Shown here in pieces: positions 26,324 through 38,300 of a DNA stretch of 64,000 nt (position 1 is its first letter; each line of letters opens with the position of its first letter). The stretch is from Azolla caroliniana (taxonomy: Eukaryota > Plantae > Polypodiophyta): assembly GCA_043228905.1 (NCBI GenBank), contig JBHGNT010000015.1:1922001-1986000 (forward strand). The letters run 5' to 3'. The notes below the pieces were generated by a model that saw only the letters and a list, made by a program, of their open reading frames with translations, made no database searches and had not been told where the DNA came from. The position numbers and the translations under genes were made by a program.

Positions 26324-26866
26324 CATACATATACATACATATACATACATAAATACACACGTACATTCCCCAAATCCCCAAATCCCCAAATCCCCAATCG
26401 CGGAGATTAACCTCTCTCTATTGCACATACATACATTCGTACATACATAAATACAAGCATACATACAGCCTATACCCAAATCCCCAATCGTGGAGATTAA
26501 TCCCTCTCTTGTACATACATTAGTAAAATACATAAATACAAGCATACATACAGCCTATACCCAAATCCTCAATCGTGGAGATTAATCCCTCTCTTGTACA
26601 TACATTAGTAAAATACATAAATACAAGCATACATACAGCCTATACCCAAATTCCCAATCGTGGAGATTAATCCCTCTCCTGTACATATATTAGTAAAATA
26701 CATAAATACAAGCATACAAATACAAGCATACATACAGTCTATACCCAAATCCCCAATCGTGGAGATTAATCTCTCTCTTCTACATACATTCATACATACA
26801 TACATGCATACATACAGTCTATACCCAAATTTTCAATCGCGGAGATTAATCTCTCTCTCTCGCTCT

Positions 26867-26898
<32 letters not shown>

Positions 26899-27650
26899 GA
26901 AAGTTCAACAGATATATATATATATATATCCATGTCCTGCTTGAAAAAATAGTCAGTTTTTTTATGAGTTTTTTTTCACAGTAATGACTATTGATATAAT
27001 TCATAGAGATTCATACCTCTCTCAAACACAAACACACACACCTGAATAAACTTTATCTACTGATCCATGTTCATTATTTTCTGACTTCCCTCTCTCTGTC
27101 TTCTCTGTTGGAAGATGCAGAAACAGAGAAAGGGAGAGACCAGAAAAAGCATGGAACCCCAAAACTCTCGCGTCAAGCCTTCCTTGTGAATGGGTGGGGT
27201 CCATCACCATAATTTTGCCACAAGCACAAAACCAACCCATGGAATAGGAGGGGGCAGGGGCAGGGGAAGGGGAAGGGGAATATTCTCCCCTGTTCCAAGA
27301 GTATCATTCCCCATGTCAATACATACAACCTTTTTTTACCATGTTTCCTCTCACATGCCGACCAAATTGACCCTTCTTTTGGAGGAGCCGGTCCGGACGA
27401 GGCCATTCCACTCCTTCCTGTGTGTGGAAACGGAAATAATCTCCTCCTGGCAAATGGCCGGGCGGCCATTCCCCAAGTTCTTGCAATCACTCGGATCCCT
27501 GGCACCTCCTCCTGCCTCAAGCATCTTTCGAATGCGATTGATCCTGGTTCGGAATTCAAATCTCGGGTAGTATATCCATGATACCTCCTGCCTTTGGCAT
27601 CTTTCGAATGCAATTGATCTTGGCTTTGAATTCAAATCTCGGGCACTATA
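25000..27650 (-). ncRNA. Putative spliced long non-coding / pri-miRNA-like transcript (ends unknown)
   Basis: Chain of minus-strand splice sites: donor 27041 (CAG|GTGTGT), acceptor 26096, donor 25940 (CAG|GTCAAT), acceptor 25582 (long CT tract), donor 25557 (GTGAGT) or 25535, acceptor 25306. No recognisable long ORF. A hairpin lies at 27077-27147. This is inference only. Confidence 0.35.
26290..26930. repeat. (TACA)n microsatellites interleaved with a ~80-90 bp minisatellite (CCCAAATCCCCAATCGTGGAGATTAATCCCTCTCT core)
   Basis: The core recurs about six times between ~26385 and ~26860, flanked by TACA and TA runs. Confidence 0.9.
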
Positions 27651-28139
27651 CGCTCCTTCTTTTATTGGACTAGTTGTATGCTTGTGTTCAATGACAATAT
27701 ATATTACACTTCTACGTCAAGTAGCCTTTCCTTTTCCCTCGGTAAGCATGGACCTTCCTTTGCATTGATTGATGGTTGCTCAAGCGTGACCTCGATCAAC
27801 TTTTAGACACACGACATTGATACGCAAAAGCATAAGTTTAAAGTTATTGTATTCATTAGATATTATGATTCATTTGTTGACTTTTATCTTATTACGTTAA
27901 TGGTTATGGTTCCCCAAAACTTTTCGCTTAAAAAATGGTTTTACAAATTACTTTTCTACAACCCAAAGTTTGAAAATGGTACATTTGCCTTTGGTTGCAT
28001 CCCCAATGTTCAAAAGTACATTCTATATTTTGTGAATCTAATGTGCTTATTGCATTATATTGTGACATCCCAAATGCTCAAAAAGTACATTTTCTATATA
28101 TTTTGTGAATCTAATGTGGATATTGCACTATATTGTGAC

Positions 28140-30213
28140 ATTGTATGTTGATGGCTCTTTGTGAGAGAGACACAACCAACTTGGAAGTTGTAGTCTTAGT
28201 TAGCAATGGGCGCGGTTCGGTTTCGGTTCAGTTCGGATTCTTGGCCTTGAAACCAAACCAAACCAAATCATTTATTTATATTAAAAACCAAACCAAACCG
28301 TTTATGAACAATTTAGAACCAAACCAAATCGGTTTATCATAAATCAAAACCAAACCAAACCTATAAACCTATAAACCTATAAACCTTTAAACCTTTAAAC
28401 CTTCAAAACTTCAAAACTTCAAAACTTTTAAACCTTTAAACCAAACCACATAAGCCGAAACCGCTAAACCTTGAAATTCAAAACCAAACCGAACCGAACC
28501 TGATAAACCAATAAGCCGCTAAACCGCTAAACCTTGAAATTCAAAACCGAACCGAACCTGATAAACCAATAAACCAATAAGCCGCTAAACCGCTAAACCA
28601 TGAAATTCAAAACCAAACCTAACCGAAACCAAACCGGATCATAATATTTGAAACCAAACCAAATGGTTTATTTATCTTTGAACCAATAAACCGTTAAGCC
28701 ATGGCTTAACGGTTAAGTTCGGTTTGAGCCAAAACCGTGCCCATTGCTAGTCTTAGTCATAACATCCCAAACTCTTGCATACATGTTGTAGCAAGGACCT
28801 AATGACATTTAACTCATCCATAGACACTACTTTGCTATAGCATGTATTTGCATTTGATTCTCTTACAAATTAATGTGAAAGAGACCTAAGTTATTAGAGT
28901 CAAACTCAACATTAAGCTCTACATGTAGTTTCCTAAACCTTGAATCCTTTGAGTATCATGCTCCCATGTTTCAACAAGAAGTGTGATATTCGAGTCATCA
29001 GTGAACTCCTCTATACCAAATCCCGCATTCCATGGGTATCCATTGCAATTCCAAAAGCATAGTCGTAAAAGACGTGGGTTAGTCTTATAGGTCACGTGTC
29101 CCTATTTGCCTACATTTTCATCCTTAGGCACATCCTTAACCTCATTTTTCAATATTTCTTCATATGCTTTACGACGGGCATTTTGTTGTGAGATAGCACG
29201 ATCTTCACCCACAAAGCATTGCGTACCTTTGAGGTATACCCAACAATTTTCAAGTAATCTTTAGGCACATACTTAACCTTATTTTTCAATCTTTCTTCAT
29301 ATGCTTTACAATGGGCATTTTGTTGTGAGATAGCACGATCTTCACCCACAAAGCATTGCGTACCTTTGAGGTATACCCAACAATTTTCGAGTAATCTTTA
29401 GGCACATCCTTAACCTTATTTTTCAATCTTTCTTCGTATGCTTTACAATGGGCATTTTGTTGTGAGATAGTACAATATTCACTCACAAAGCATTGCGTAC
29501 CTTTGAGGTATACCCAACAATTTTCGAGTATGATTCTTTGCTTTATGTCATCTGTCATTGTGCATACAATAGGCCTTTCTTCGGAGCAAGAAATATCATG
29601 TTTCCCAACTCGGTGAGCTCCATATACATTTACATATGATATACCATGATGCATGCTAAAAAATTCACCAATGGTCTTTCCAAGGGATGCGGGTGTTTCC
29701 ACACTCTCCTCTTTAATCCCACAAATGACAATGTTTTTTTATCGTCATTCACATTCTTTCAATTCTCGAGCATCTATGCTTTCTATATTCTTCTCTTGAT
29801 TGATCACATGTATAATAGATAAGTTTGATACCACATCCCCACCACATACATCGGCCCATGACTTCATTGTGCATACATTTTTCATCTCACTTACATCCCG
29901 CTGCATCGTATCCATTTCTCCTTCTTTTGGTGCTTCCTTTAACTCAATCATGTTGAGGCACTCACTTCTTCAAGTTTTGCAACCATTTTCTTAAGGCCTT
30001 CATTCTCAATGACAACTATTTGGAGCTTAGCGCTCTCTAATCTCTTTACCTTGCTTGTTTATTTATGGTTTCTTGAAGAGAAACCAAGTGACTCATAATC
30101 ATTTTGTCCATTGTGTCTGAGTTTATTGCATTGGCGTCAGGAATTGTTGGTGATCTTGGCTCATTATCAATCATACTCCCACTTTTTGTGGTCGTCTTAC
30201 AAGTGTTTGCCAT
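28140..30213 (-). mobile_element. Degenerate LINE 5' portion: ORF1 (coiled-coil + RRM-like) and start of ORF2 endonuclease, interrupted by the MITE
   Basis: Minus-strand ORFs 29745..29951 and 29286..29702 read IVICGIKEE..ETPASL..YGAHRVGK..RPIVC..LKGTQCFVSE. An APE-like LLVETWEH lies at ~28960-28983. A 137-bp triplication spans 29124-29530. Confidence 0.7.
28201..28749. mobile_element. Non-autonomous hAT-type MITE (549 bp)
   Basis: TIRs TAGCAATGGGCGCGGTT / AACCGTGCCCATTGCTA. Perfect 8-bp TSD GTCTTAGT (28193-28200 and 28750-28757). The interior is full of AAACC/AAACCG subterminal repeats. Confidence 0.93.
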
Positions 30214-32490
30214 TCTAGGACCAAACCTTGTGAGAAGTATACCTCTGAAACCTGTTAGCTTTAGTTTATTATAGAACTAATCTTCTTAGATCATATCGTA
30301 GATCTTGTTGTGAGCTTCGATTGAAGCCATAACTTGTCAAAACTGGACCTCGTATGACAAAGTAATGGTTAAAATAAACTTGAAGAGAGAGAGAGTGAGT
30401 GAGAGATTATAAATTATGTCTTCAGAGGTCAAATATGACCTATGAGACCAAAAAAATTACATTTCACGTGATACGTGTGAAACTGAGTAGCGACTCTCAA
30501 TGTTCAATAACTTTACCAATGAATGTTGCAATTGAGAGTGCACATTGTGGTTGTGAGAGAAGTTCGTGCAAGGATTGGGCTTGATCGAAGATGTGTGGAA
30601 AGCATGGTCAAATATGATCAAAGGTAGAGCATTATATCAAAGTATGATACTCAAACTCTCGAATTTGTTTAGGGCAAAGTGTGCATAGTCGACCACTCTC
30701 ATCACTTGTAACCCAACACCTCGTCTCACATCGCAATGCAAATATTGACCTTGACGGTCAAATATGTCCTATGGGACCAAAGGCACATTGTGATTGTGTG
30801 AGGAATGCATGTAGGGAGTAGACCAGATTGATAATATGTGGCAAGTAAACTTGAATGTGGTTAAAGGCATTTTGTTAATGTCTGAAACTATGAGTTCCAC
30901 AGTTACACAAGGCAAAGATGCATAGTGGATGAGTCTCCTCACTTTCCCCCAACACCCTACCTCACATTGAATAGAATGTGAGCTAAGTCATATTGGAGCA
31001 ATGGCGTGGATGGTGGATAGGAATGGATTGTATCATGTATCAACTAGTGTGGTTTATCCATTCTAAGAAGAAGATAAATTTGTAGTTTGGTGCAACATAT
31101 GTAAAATAATGTGTGAAACATGGACCTCCATATGTTTCCCAAGTTGTGATACATTGGCATTGCAAAGAGCATCATTCACTGAGAAATCTGTTGAGACATC
31201 ATGAAGTAAATGTGAAGCGTCCCCTTTTCCAAACTATTTCATTGTATCTTGCATCCACTTAGAACCCAAATTATTACTTTCATTTGTCCGTTGAATAATT
31301 TTACTTGCTTTCCATGCAATCCTAGGAAGTCAACATGACGATTTGTTATAACCTTAAGCATGTTCTCAATCACCATTTCAATTCAAGGAATCATATACTT
31401 CAATTCACCATCCCTACCTTAAGCATGTCTTTATAAATTCAAGAAATTGCAATCATATATTCACTTAGTATCTTGATTTATTACATCCATCTCCAAAGAT
31501 GCTCCATGGAACACCATACTAAAATCTTTCTTGAAATCTACAAAGAAAAACATATTGCTTTACCTTGAAAATGACTTTCTTCCATTTGCACTTGAAGAGT
31601 GACAAGGTAATCTATGGTGTCATGGTGTTTTTGAATAGTTTCGTCATGAGAGGGCCAACCATGATTATCTTATAGTTTACTTATTTATGTTTCACCCTTT
31701 ATATAAAGTTTTGATCAACTTTGTGATCTAATCATAATGCATGTCATACGACAAAGTTCAATTAATCATATTCACTCATCCAAACATGAGATTACTTTCC
31801 TGTCCATTTGAGCGTTTCGGTCTTGATATCTTGAAGATCTCCTACATTGCTAGGGCCAATATTGTAAGCCCAATCCATACATCCTCAACACTAAACAAGA
31901 AATGCATGTGTGAACATGAACCATAATAGGTCATGTTTCTAGCACTTGATTATGCATATAAGTTCGTACAATGGATATACATATGCATAAGAGCTAAGTT
32001 ACTATAATTCTCAACATGTTTTCCATTGAGATTTATCCAAAATTTTCCACATGCATTTACATTCTCTTGGGTGGAGAGAAATTGCAATTTAACTTCCCAT
32101 ATTCTTTTCTTTCTTTGAATATTTTCTATCCATGTAGATATTTTTATGGTTTTTTTAATCTTTGACTACATCTAAAGACATAAACTACTTTTGAGTGTCA
32201 TGGCATTCCTTACCAAACATTTTTTTCCTTGAGCTACGTTTATTGGTACCATTGTAAGGTATCTGTTTTGCATAGTGGAGAATGAGACCTAACCAAATCT
32301 AAGATGCCATAGAAAAGAGTGTTGGATCTTCACTAAAGACGCAATAAAGGTAATAGTTGCAAGTCCCGAAAACTTTGACAACTCTTTTGGTCGCACATGA
32401 AAGTGGTTTAGATAATAAATATGAGATCCATCATCTCCCCTTAAACAAGCACTAAAATGTTCCCTTTGGTGGTAAACTCAACACAAGTAT

Positions 32491-35361
32491 TGTTAATAAT
32501 TAGGTAATTAACTAAGGGTTAATTAGTATCTAATTATGGGAGTAGTTAATCATGTATGTGATTGAGCAACGGAAGACTATATGATGTGTGTGTGTGAGAG
32601 AGAGGAAGTTGAGTGAGAGATAGATAGCTTGTCAAATGGCTGGTCGTTCCGGCTCAACTACTCATTTGCCCCGCTTAGCCAAAATGAGATCAGACTCTCT
32701 TCCAAAGTGCCAATTTCTTCCTCATACATTGGGTCGGCCTCACTGGCCTCATCTCTAGAATTCAACAGGGAGTTCACGGGGGTCAGATTCGTCGGAGGTT
32801 GGTACCAGGAAGCCGATTTATCGAACACAACATCACGGTTTACTCGAACTTGTTTGATCTGAGGGTTATATCACTTATAACCCTTTTGCTCGTCCAAATA
32901 ACCGACCAAGATACATTTCTCGGCTTTGGCATCAAGCTTCCTCCGCTTCTCCTTTGCCACTGGCAAATATGCTATGTTGTTGAAAACCCTCAAGTGTGCC
33001 AAGTTTGGCTTCTTCTCGAAGTACAACTCATGTGGCAACACTTTGCCTCCAACTACAGATGTCCAATTCTGAAGGTTCATGGCCATCCTGACTGCTTCGG
33101 CCCAATAGAACTTGGGCATGCTCTTCTCTTCTAGCATCACCTTGGCTGCTTCTTCAATGGTCCAGTTCTTCCTTTCGGCCATGTCGTTCTACTCTGACGT
33201 GTATCTGTAGGAGAATTAGCGCTGATTTCCCTCCTATAGATAACTAGAAAATTGGTTAGAAAAGTACTCTCTCCCGCCATCAAATCTGAGACAGTTGATT
33301 TTTCAACCTGTCTCCCGTTCGGCAAGGCTTTTCACCTTCAAGAAGTAGGAGAAGACTTTGCTCTTCTTCTTGATGAGATATGCCCAGGTATGCCGAGTGA
33401 AGTCATCGATGAAGGTGACGAAATATAGACTTCCTCTGATGCTTGCATTCTATGTCGGTCCCCAAACATCCGTATGGATTAAATCAGTTTGTTTCGACTC
33501 CGATTATGCTCATTGGGGAAAGGAAGTCGATGTTGCTTCCCAAGTTGACATCCTTCGCAAACTTGGCCCTTTTGGCCACTAAATTTCAGCAAGCTGAAAA
33601 TAATGTTCTTTCTCTACATCTCTTGAAGCCACAAGGATGTTGACGCGACCAATCCACTTGTGCCACAAGTCAATGTCCGACTCGACCTTTTGTCCTTTCG
33701 CAAACATCGTGGTGTCAACATTGTTTGTTTTGAGGATGAACATCCTCCCTTTTCTGCACCCTTGCGCTATAATTCGGCCTTCCTCCTCGATGAAGCACCT
33801 AAGATGAGTGAACCTAACATGTGCTGCTTGATTGACGATTTGGTTGACCGACACCAGGTTCTTGGTGATCATCGAGACGTGTAGGATGTTCCTCATTATT
33901 CCTCTTTGGCCGACGTGACTCAAAGGGACGTCTCCGATGTTCTTGATGGGGTGAGAGGTGTTGTCGCTAGTTTCGACAACCCCCGGCTCTTCCGACTTCT
34001 CCAATGTCAAAAAACATTCCTTATTGTTCGTTGTGTGGTTCAATGCACCGGAATCCATATACCACACCTCCTTCGGTTTCAAGGTGCCCGCCGCCATCGA
34101 ATTGGCCTTGTGCTTTATCACAAATGCAGGGTCCATTCCGGCTCGCCTTGTGCCTTCAATGTAGTGTGATTGTTGCCGCCTTTCTGCATCAGCTCTGCTT
34201 GATTCGCCTTTGTCCAAACCAACACGCTTCTTCCAACACTCGCTTTCTTTGTGAACTTTCCGGCCACAATACCAACAATCTGTGGTTTTTCCTTGATGGC
34301 TGCAGACACCACCCTGACCCCCCCTGCTCATGGAGGGTTCATTGTTGACTATATTTCTATTTTGCCTCTAGTTCTGCTCCTATCGGTTGCGTCCATTGTG
34401 TCGATCCGCCTCGTCCACCACGACCACGGGGCCTATCTGCCTCCATGTACAACATCTTGTTGTCGGCATGCATGCTCATTGATGCACCCATGTGCTTCTC
34501 CTCTAGAAGGAGCATCGATTGCAAGTCGAAAAATAACGAAGGCTTCTCCCTCATGTAGATAGCCGTCTGAATCAGCCCGTACTTCTAAGCTAACCCACCA
34601 AGGCAGATCGACACCATCTCGTCTTCATCCATAGTCACGTTGATGGACCTGACTGCATCACAAATCTCCTTGATCCTTGTGGTGTAGTCAATAACCGACA
34701 TACCTCCCTGTCGGATGTTGTTGAGATCTTGTCTGAGCTACAACTTCCGGGTTGTGGTGTTGGCGGCAAAGACCCTCTTCAGGTTTCCCCAAGCAACCTT
34801 CGTCGACTTTTCATCCCTGATGTAGTTGAGCATCTGATCACTCACATAGGACGCGAAGGAATACAAGACTTGGCTTGTTGCTTGCTCCCAAGCTTGAAAG
34901 TCTCTGTGTGATAGCTCTAGTGATGCATCATTCGCTCCTTCCACATAACTTCAGTACTCGTGTTCGAGCAAGTACTAGTGCATCTTATATGCCCAATATG
35001 CATAGTTGCTATTGTCGATCTTTTCTGTTGGATGGGAGCTACCCATTCCTCTGTCCATGTTCTTGTTTGTTCTTGTCCCAAAGGACGAAGGCTTGTCTCG
35101 GTGTTGGCTCATTTTGTCGGTTGTAGAGGATCTTTAACCCTCGCACTCTGATACCATGTAAAGAATTAGATGCAGAAACTCTTGAACAACAAACACAGTC
35201 GGCTCAACCGGACACCATTAGGAATACTATGTTTGGCCCTAAATCCTAACGTCCTTCTTGGCTTGGTGGCTTTCTCTCGGTCGATCTAGCTGTCGACTTC
35301 TTCAGCCAACCGACCTACCGGCCTTTAACTGTTCGGCTCATGTTGAGCTTGTCTCTCAACA
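32491..35361 (-). mobile_element. Degenerate, deleted Ty1/copia element related to the 2950-5099 family
   Basis: PBS (iMet) TGGTATCAGAG at 35146-35156 (minus), LTR-like 35157-35361, gag, CWYCGRKVHKESEC knuckle, WYMDSGA protease and integrase (FYWAEAV, KCILVGY). RT/RNaseH are absent. The LTR end at 32491 resembles the reverse complement of 5070-5099. Confidence 0.82.
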
Positions 35362-35383
35362 TATATATTTCTTATGAGGAGAA

Positions 35384-38300
35384 TGTTGGAGACAATGTCG
35401 TCTGTGCGGAAGATCAAGTAGCATTCGTTTGCTGTCCAGAATACCTGCGTATGACTGTTTGTATGTCGTTGCACAGAGAGAGAGAGAGAGAGAGAGACAA
35501 AGAGGCACAAAAGAACTTCTTATTTCATAAAGCAATAATACAACAACCAACCTTACAAAAAGGTTACAAGGTCACTATATATAGTGACCGACTTAGGGCA
35601 ACTACCCTTTATGCTAATTACATAAATGGCCAAAACGGGATAGTGTGAATACGTCCATTATACACATGTATTCGACACTCCCCCGTAATGGGCGTATACA
35701 TGGGTTATCTAAGATTACAGGTATAGACTTAGGTTCTCGGACATATCAGCTTTGTTCGAGTCGGCAGGGTCCGAAGGCAGAAGACCGAACTGGTCAGGTC
35801 GGAACAGTTGAAGCCGATCATTAAGGAACTGATGTCGGTTGTCGGGAACCATCCTGCTCTGTGTCCGGCTCTAACCGGACTGGTTTGTCATTACGCCCAT
35901 CTGATGCCGAAGAGACCGAAAACGGTCTGCCGAAAGACATTTGGTCATTCCATCTGCGACATTGTCGGTTGTGGATATTTTCTCTAGACCGATTTTCCCT
36001 GAAATGACGCAGTCCCGAACGAAGTGATATCGAACGTCGATATGTTTGGAGGCGTTGTGGTGAACCGGATTTTTCGACAAGGCAACAGCACCTTGACTGT
36101 CGCTGTAGACAACTGGAGCCGAGTCATGGTCGACTTGTCGAAACGTGTGCGCCAGCCGACCGAGCCATAAAGTTTCTTTTGCTGCGTCGGACGCAGCTAC
36201 ATATTCTGCTTCGGTCGTTGAGGTCGCTGTGCACTCCTGAAGTTTCGACTTCCACGAGATTGCTCCATTGCCGAATTTGAAGCAGTATCCGGTTGTAGAT
36301 TTCCGACTGTCTATACAGCCGGCGAAGTCCGAGTCGGTGTAACCGACTACGCCTGAGGTTCGGTTCGGACCGAAAAGAATGCCATGGTCTTTTGTGCCAG
36401 CCAGATATCTGAACACATGCTTGACTGCGTTCCAATGCGATCGGCCAGGATTGTGCATGAATCTGCTAACGACTCCTACGGCGTGAGAAATATCAGGCCG
36501 TGTCGCGACCATCAGGTACATAAGGGAGCCGACTGCCGGTGCATACGGTACCGACTTCATATCTTCCCCCTCCGGACCGGATGTCGGGCAGTCTCGCTGA
36601 GAGAGCCGAAGATTCATGGGGAGCGGGGTTGAAGCAGATTTGGCTGATTGCATGTTGAAGCGTTCTAAGACACGTCGGGTATAGTCGGTCTGAGACAAAA
36701 AAAGATGTCGTTTATCGCGATGCCGACTAATCTTCATGCCAAGGATGTGTCGTGCCGGACCGAGGTCCTTCATGGCAAACTTCAACCGCAGTTGCCGAAT
36801 GAGATCGGCAAGTTCGCCCGCGTGGCGTCCAGAAATTAGCATGTCGTCCACGTAAATGATGAGGAAGATGGGTGATCCATCTTGAGCTGTGTTGGTGAAG
36901 AGACAATGGTCCTCATCGCTTTTTGAGAAGCCGATCGATTGGATGAAGTCGTCGAACTTCTTGTACCATTGTCGCGGTGCCTGTTTGAGGCCGTATAGAC
37001 TCTTCCTGAGTCGGCAGACTAGATGTTCTTGGCCGGTTGCCACGAAGCCTTTTGGCTGCTCCATATAAATTTCCTCCTCGAGATCACCATGGAGGAAGGC
37101 TGTTTTGACATCTAGCTGAATCAGCTCCAAGTTGTCGGCTGCCACTACGCCGAGTAGGAAACGAAGGGTTGTCATTTTCACCACTGGTGAAAAAATCTCG
37201 TCGAAGTCGACGCCATATTCTTGTCGGAAGCCCTTCGCAACTAATCTGGCCTTGTACTTTGGGGTGGTCGAATCAGACGTCTCTTTTAGTCGATAAACCC
37301 ACTTGCAAGGGAGAGCACGTCGGTTCCTAGGTAATTCGACCAGATCCCAAGTCTTGTTTGCCCGAATGGAGTGCATTTCCGACTCCATCGCCAGATGTCA
37401 GGTGGCGGAATCGACAGATGTCGATGCTTCTTCGTAAGACGTCGGTTCGCCGGCGTCGGTGAAGAAAATTCCAGGAGAATACCTCTCCGGAGGTTGCGAC
37501 AGTCTCTCGGATCGTCGAGGCATGATTGGACTGGTCGCATCGGGTATCGTGGTCGGATGGTCCGAAAGCGAATCATTCGGCTGTGCCGAGTCGGAGTTGT
37601 CCGAGTCGGTAGTGTAAGGTTCAGCTACCCGTGAAGCTGACCGTGTGTTGAGAGCGGGGCCTTCTTGAAGGGTCGGCACATCGGAAAATGTTACCCTTCG
37701 GACTTCGATCGGTTTTTCGACTGATGGATTCATAGCCGACTCGTTGAACACAACGTCCGAACTTCGAACGATTTGTCTGCGTTCGGGGTCCCAGAGTCGG
37801 TATCCCATTTCGCCGTCGGATCCATATCCAAGGAAAATGCATTTCCTGGACCGAGGTGCAAGTTTTCGGCGATCATCTTTCGGAATAAGGGCGTACGCCT
37901 CGCATCCGAAGATCCTCAGCTTGTCGTAATTCGGCTTACTGCCGATCCATAGTTCCTGAGGAATTTGAAGTCCTAGAGGTCTACTTGGCGACATATTGAT
38001 TATGTGTACTGCCGTGAGTAGAGCCTCTGCCCAGAAGCCATCCGATAGTCCGGAGTGTTGGAGCATGGAAACTATCCGTTCTTGGATTGTCCGATTCATG
38101 CGTTCGGCAATCCCGTTTTGCTCCGGACTGTGTGGTGCCGTAAATTCACGTCGGATGCCGCGTTGTCGGCAGAATTTGACGAATTCTTCGGATTTAAACT
38201 CTCCCCCATTGTCTGTCCGAAAGCATTTCAGCTTTCGGTCGGTTTGATTTTCTACCATAGCGAGCCAATCGGTGAAGATCGAGAAGACACGATCTTTAGT

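Noticed and set aside
26380-26860. CRISPR-like repeat-spacer appearance
   Set aside because: Eukaryotic context, the 'spacers' are themselves near-identical microsatellite sequence, and there are no cas genes.
27391-27475. Resemblance of CCGGACGAGGCCATTCCAC / GGCCATTCCCC to miR166
   Set aside because: Several mismatches and a gap relative to the mature miR166 sequence, and no convincing miRNA* arm.
32486-35366. TSD for the older copia at 32491-35361
   Set aside because: The flanks (AGTAT vs TATAT) do not match, so element boundaries and unity remain unproven.
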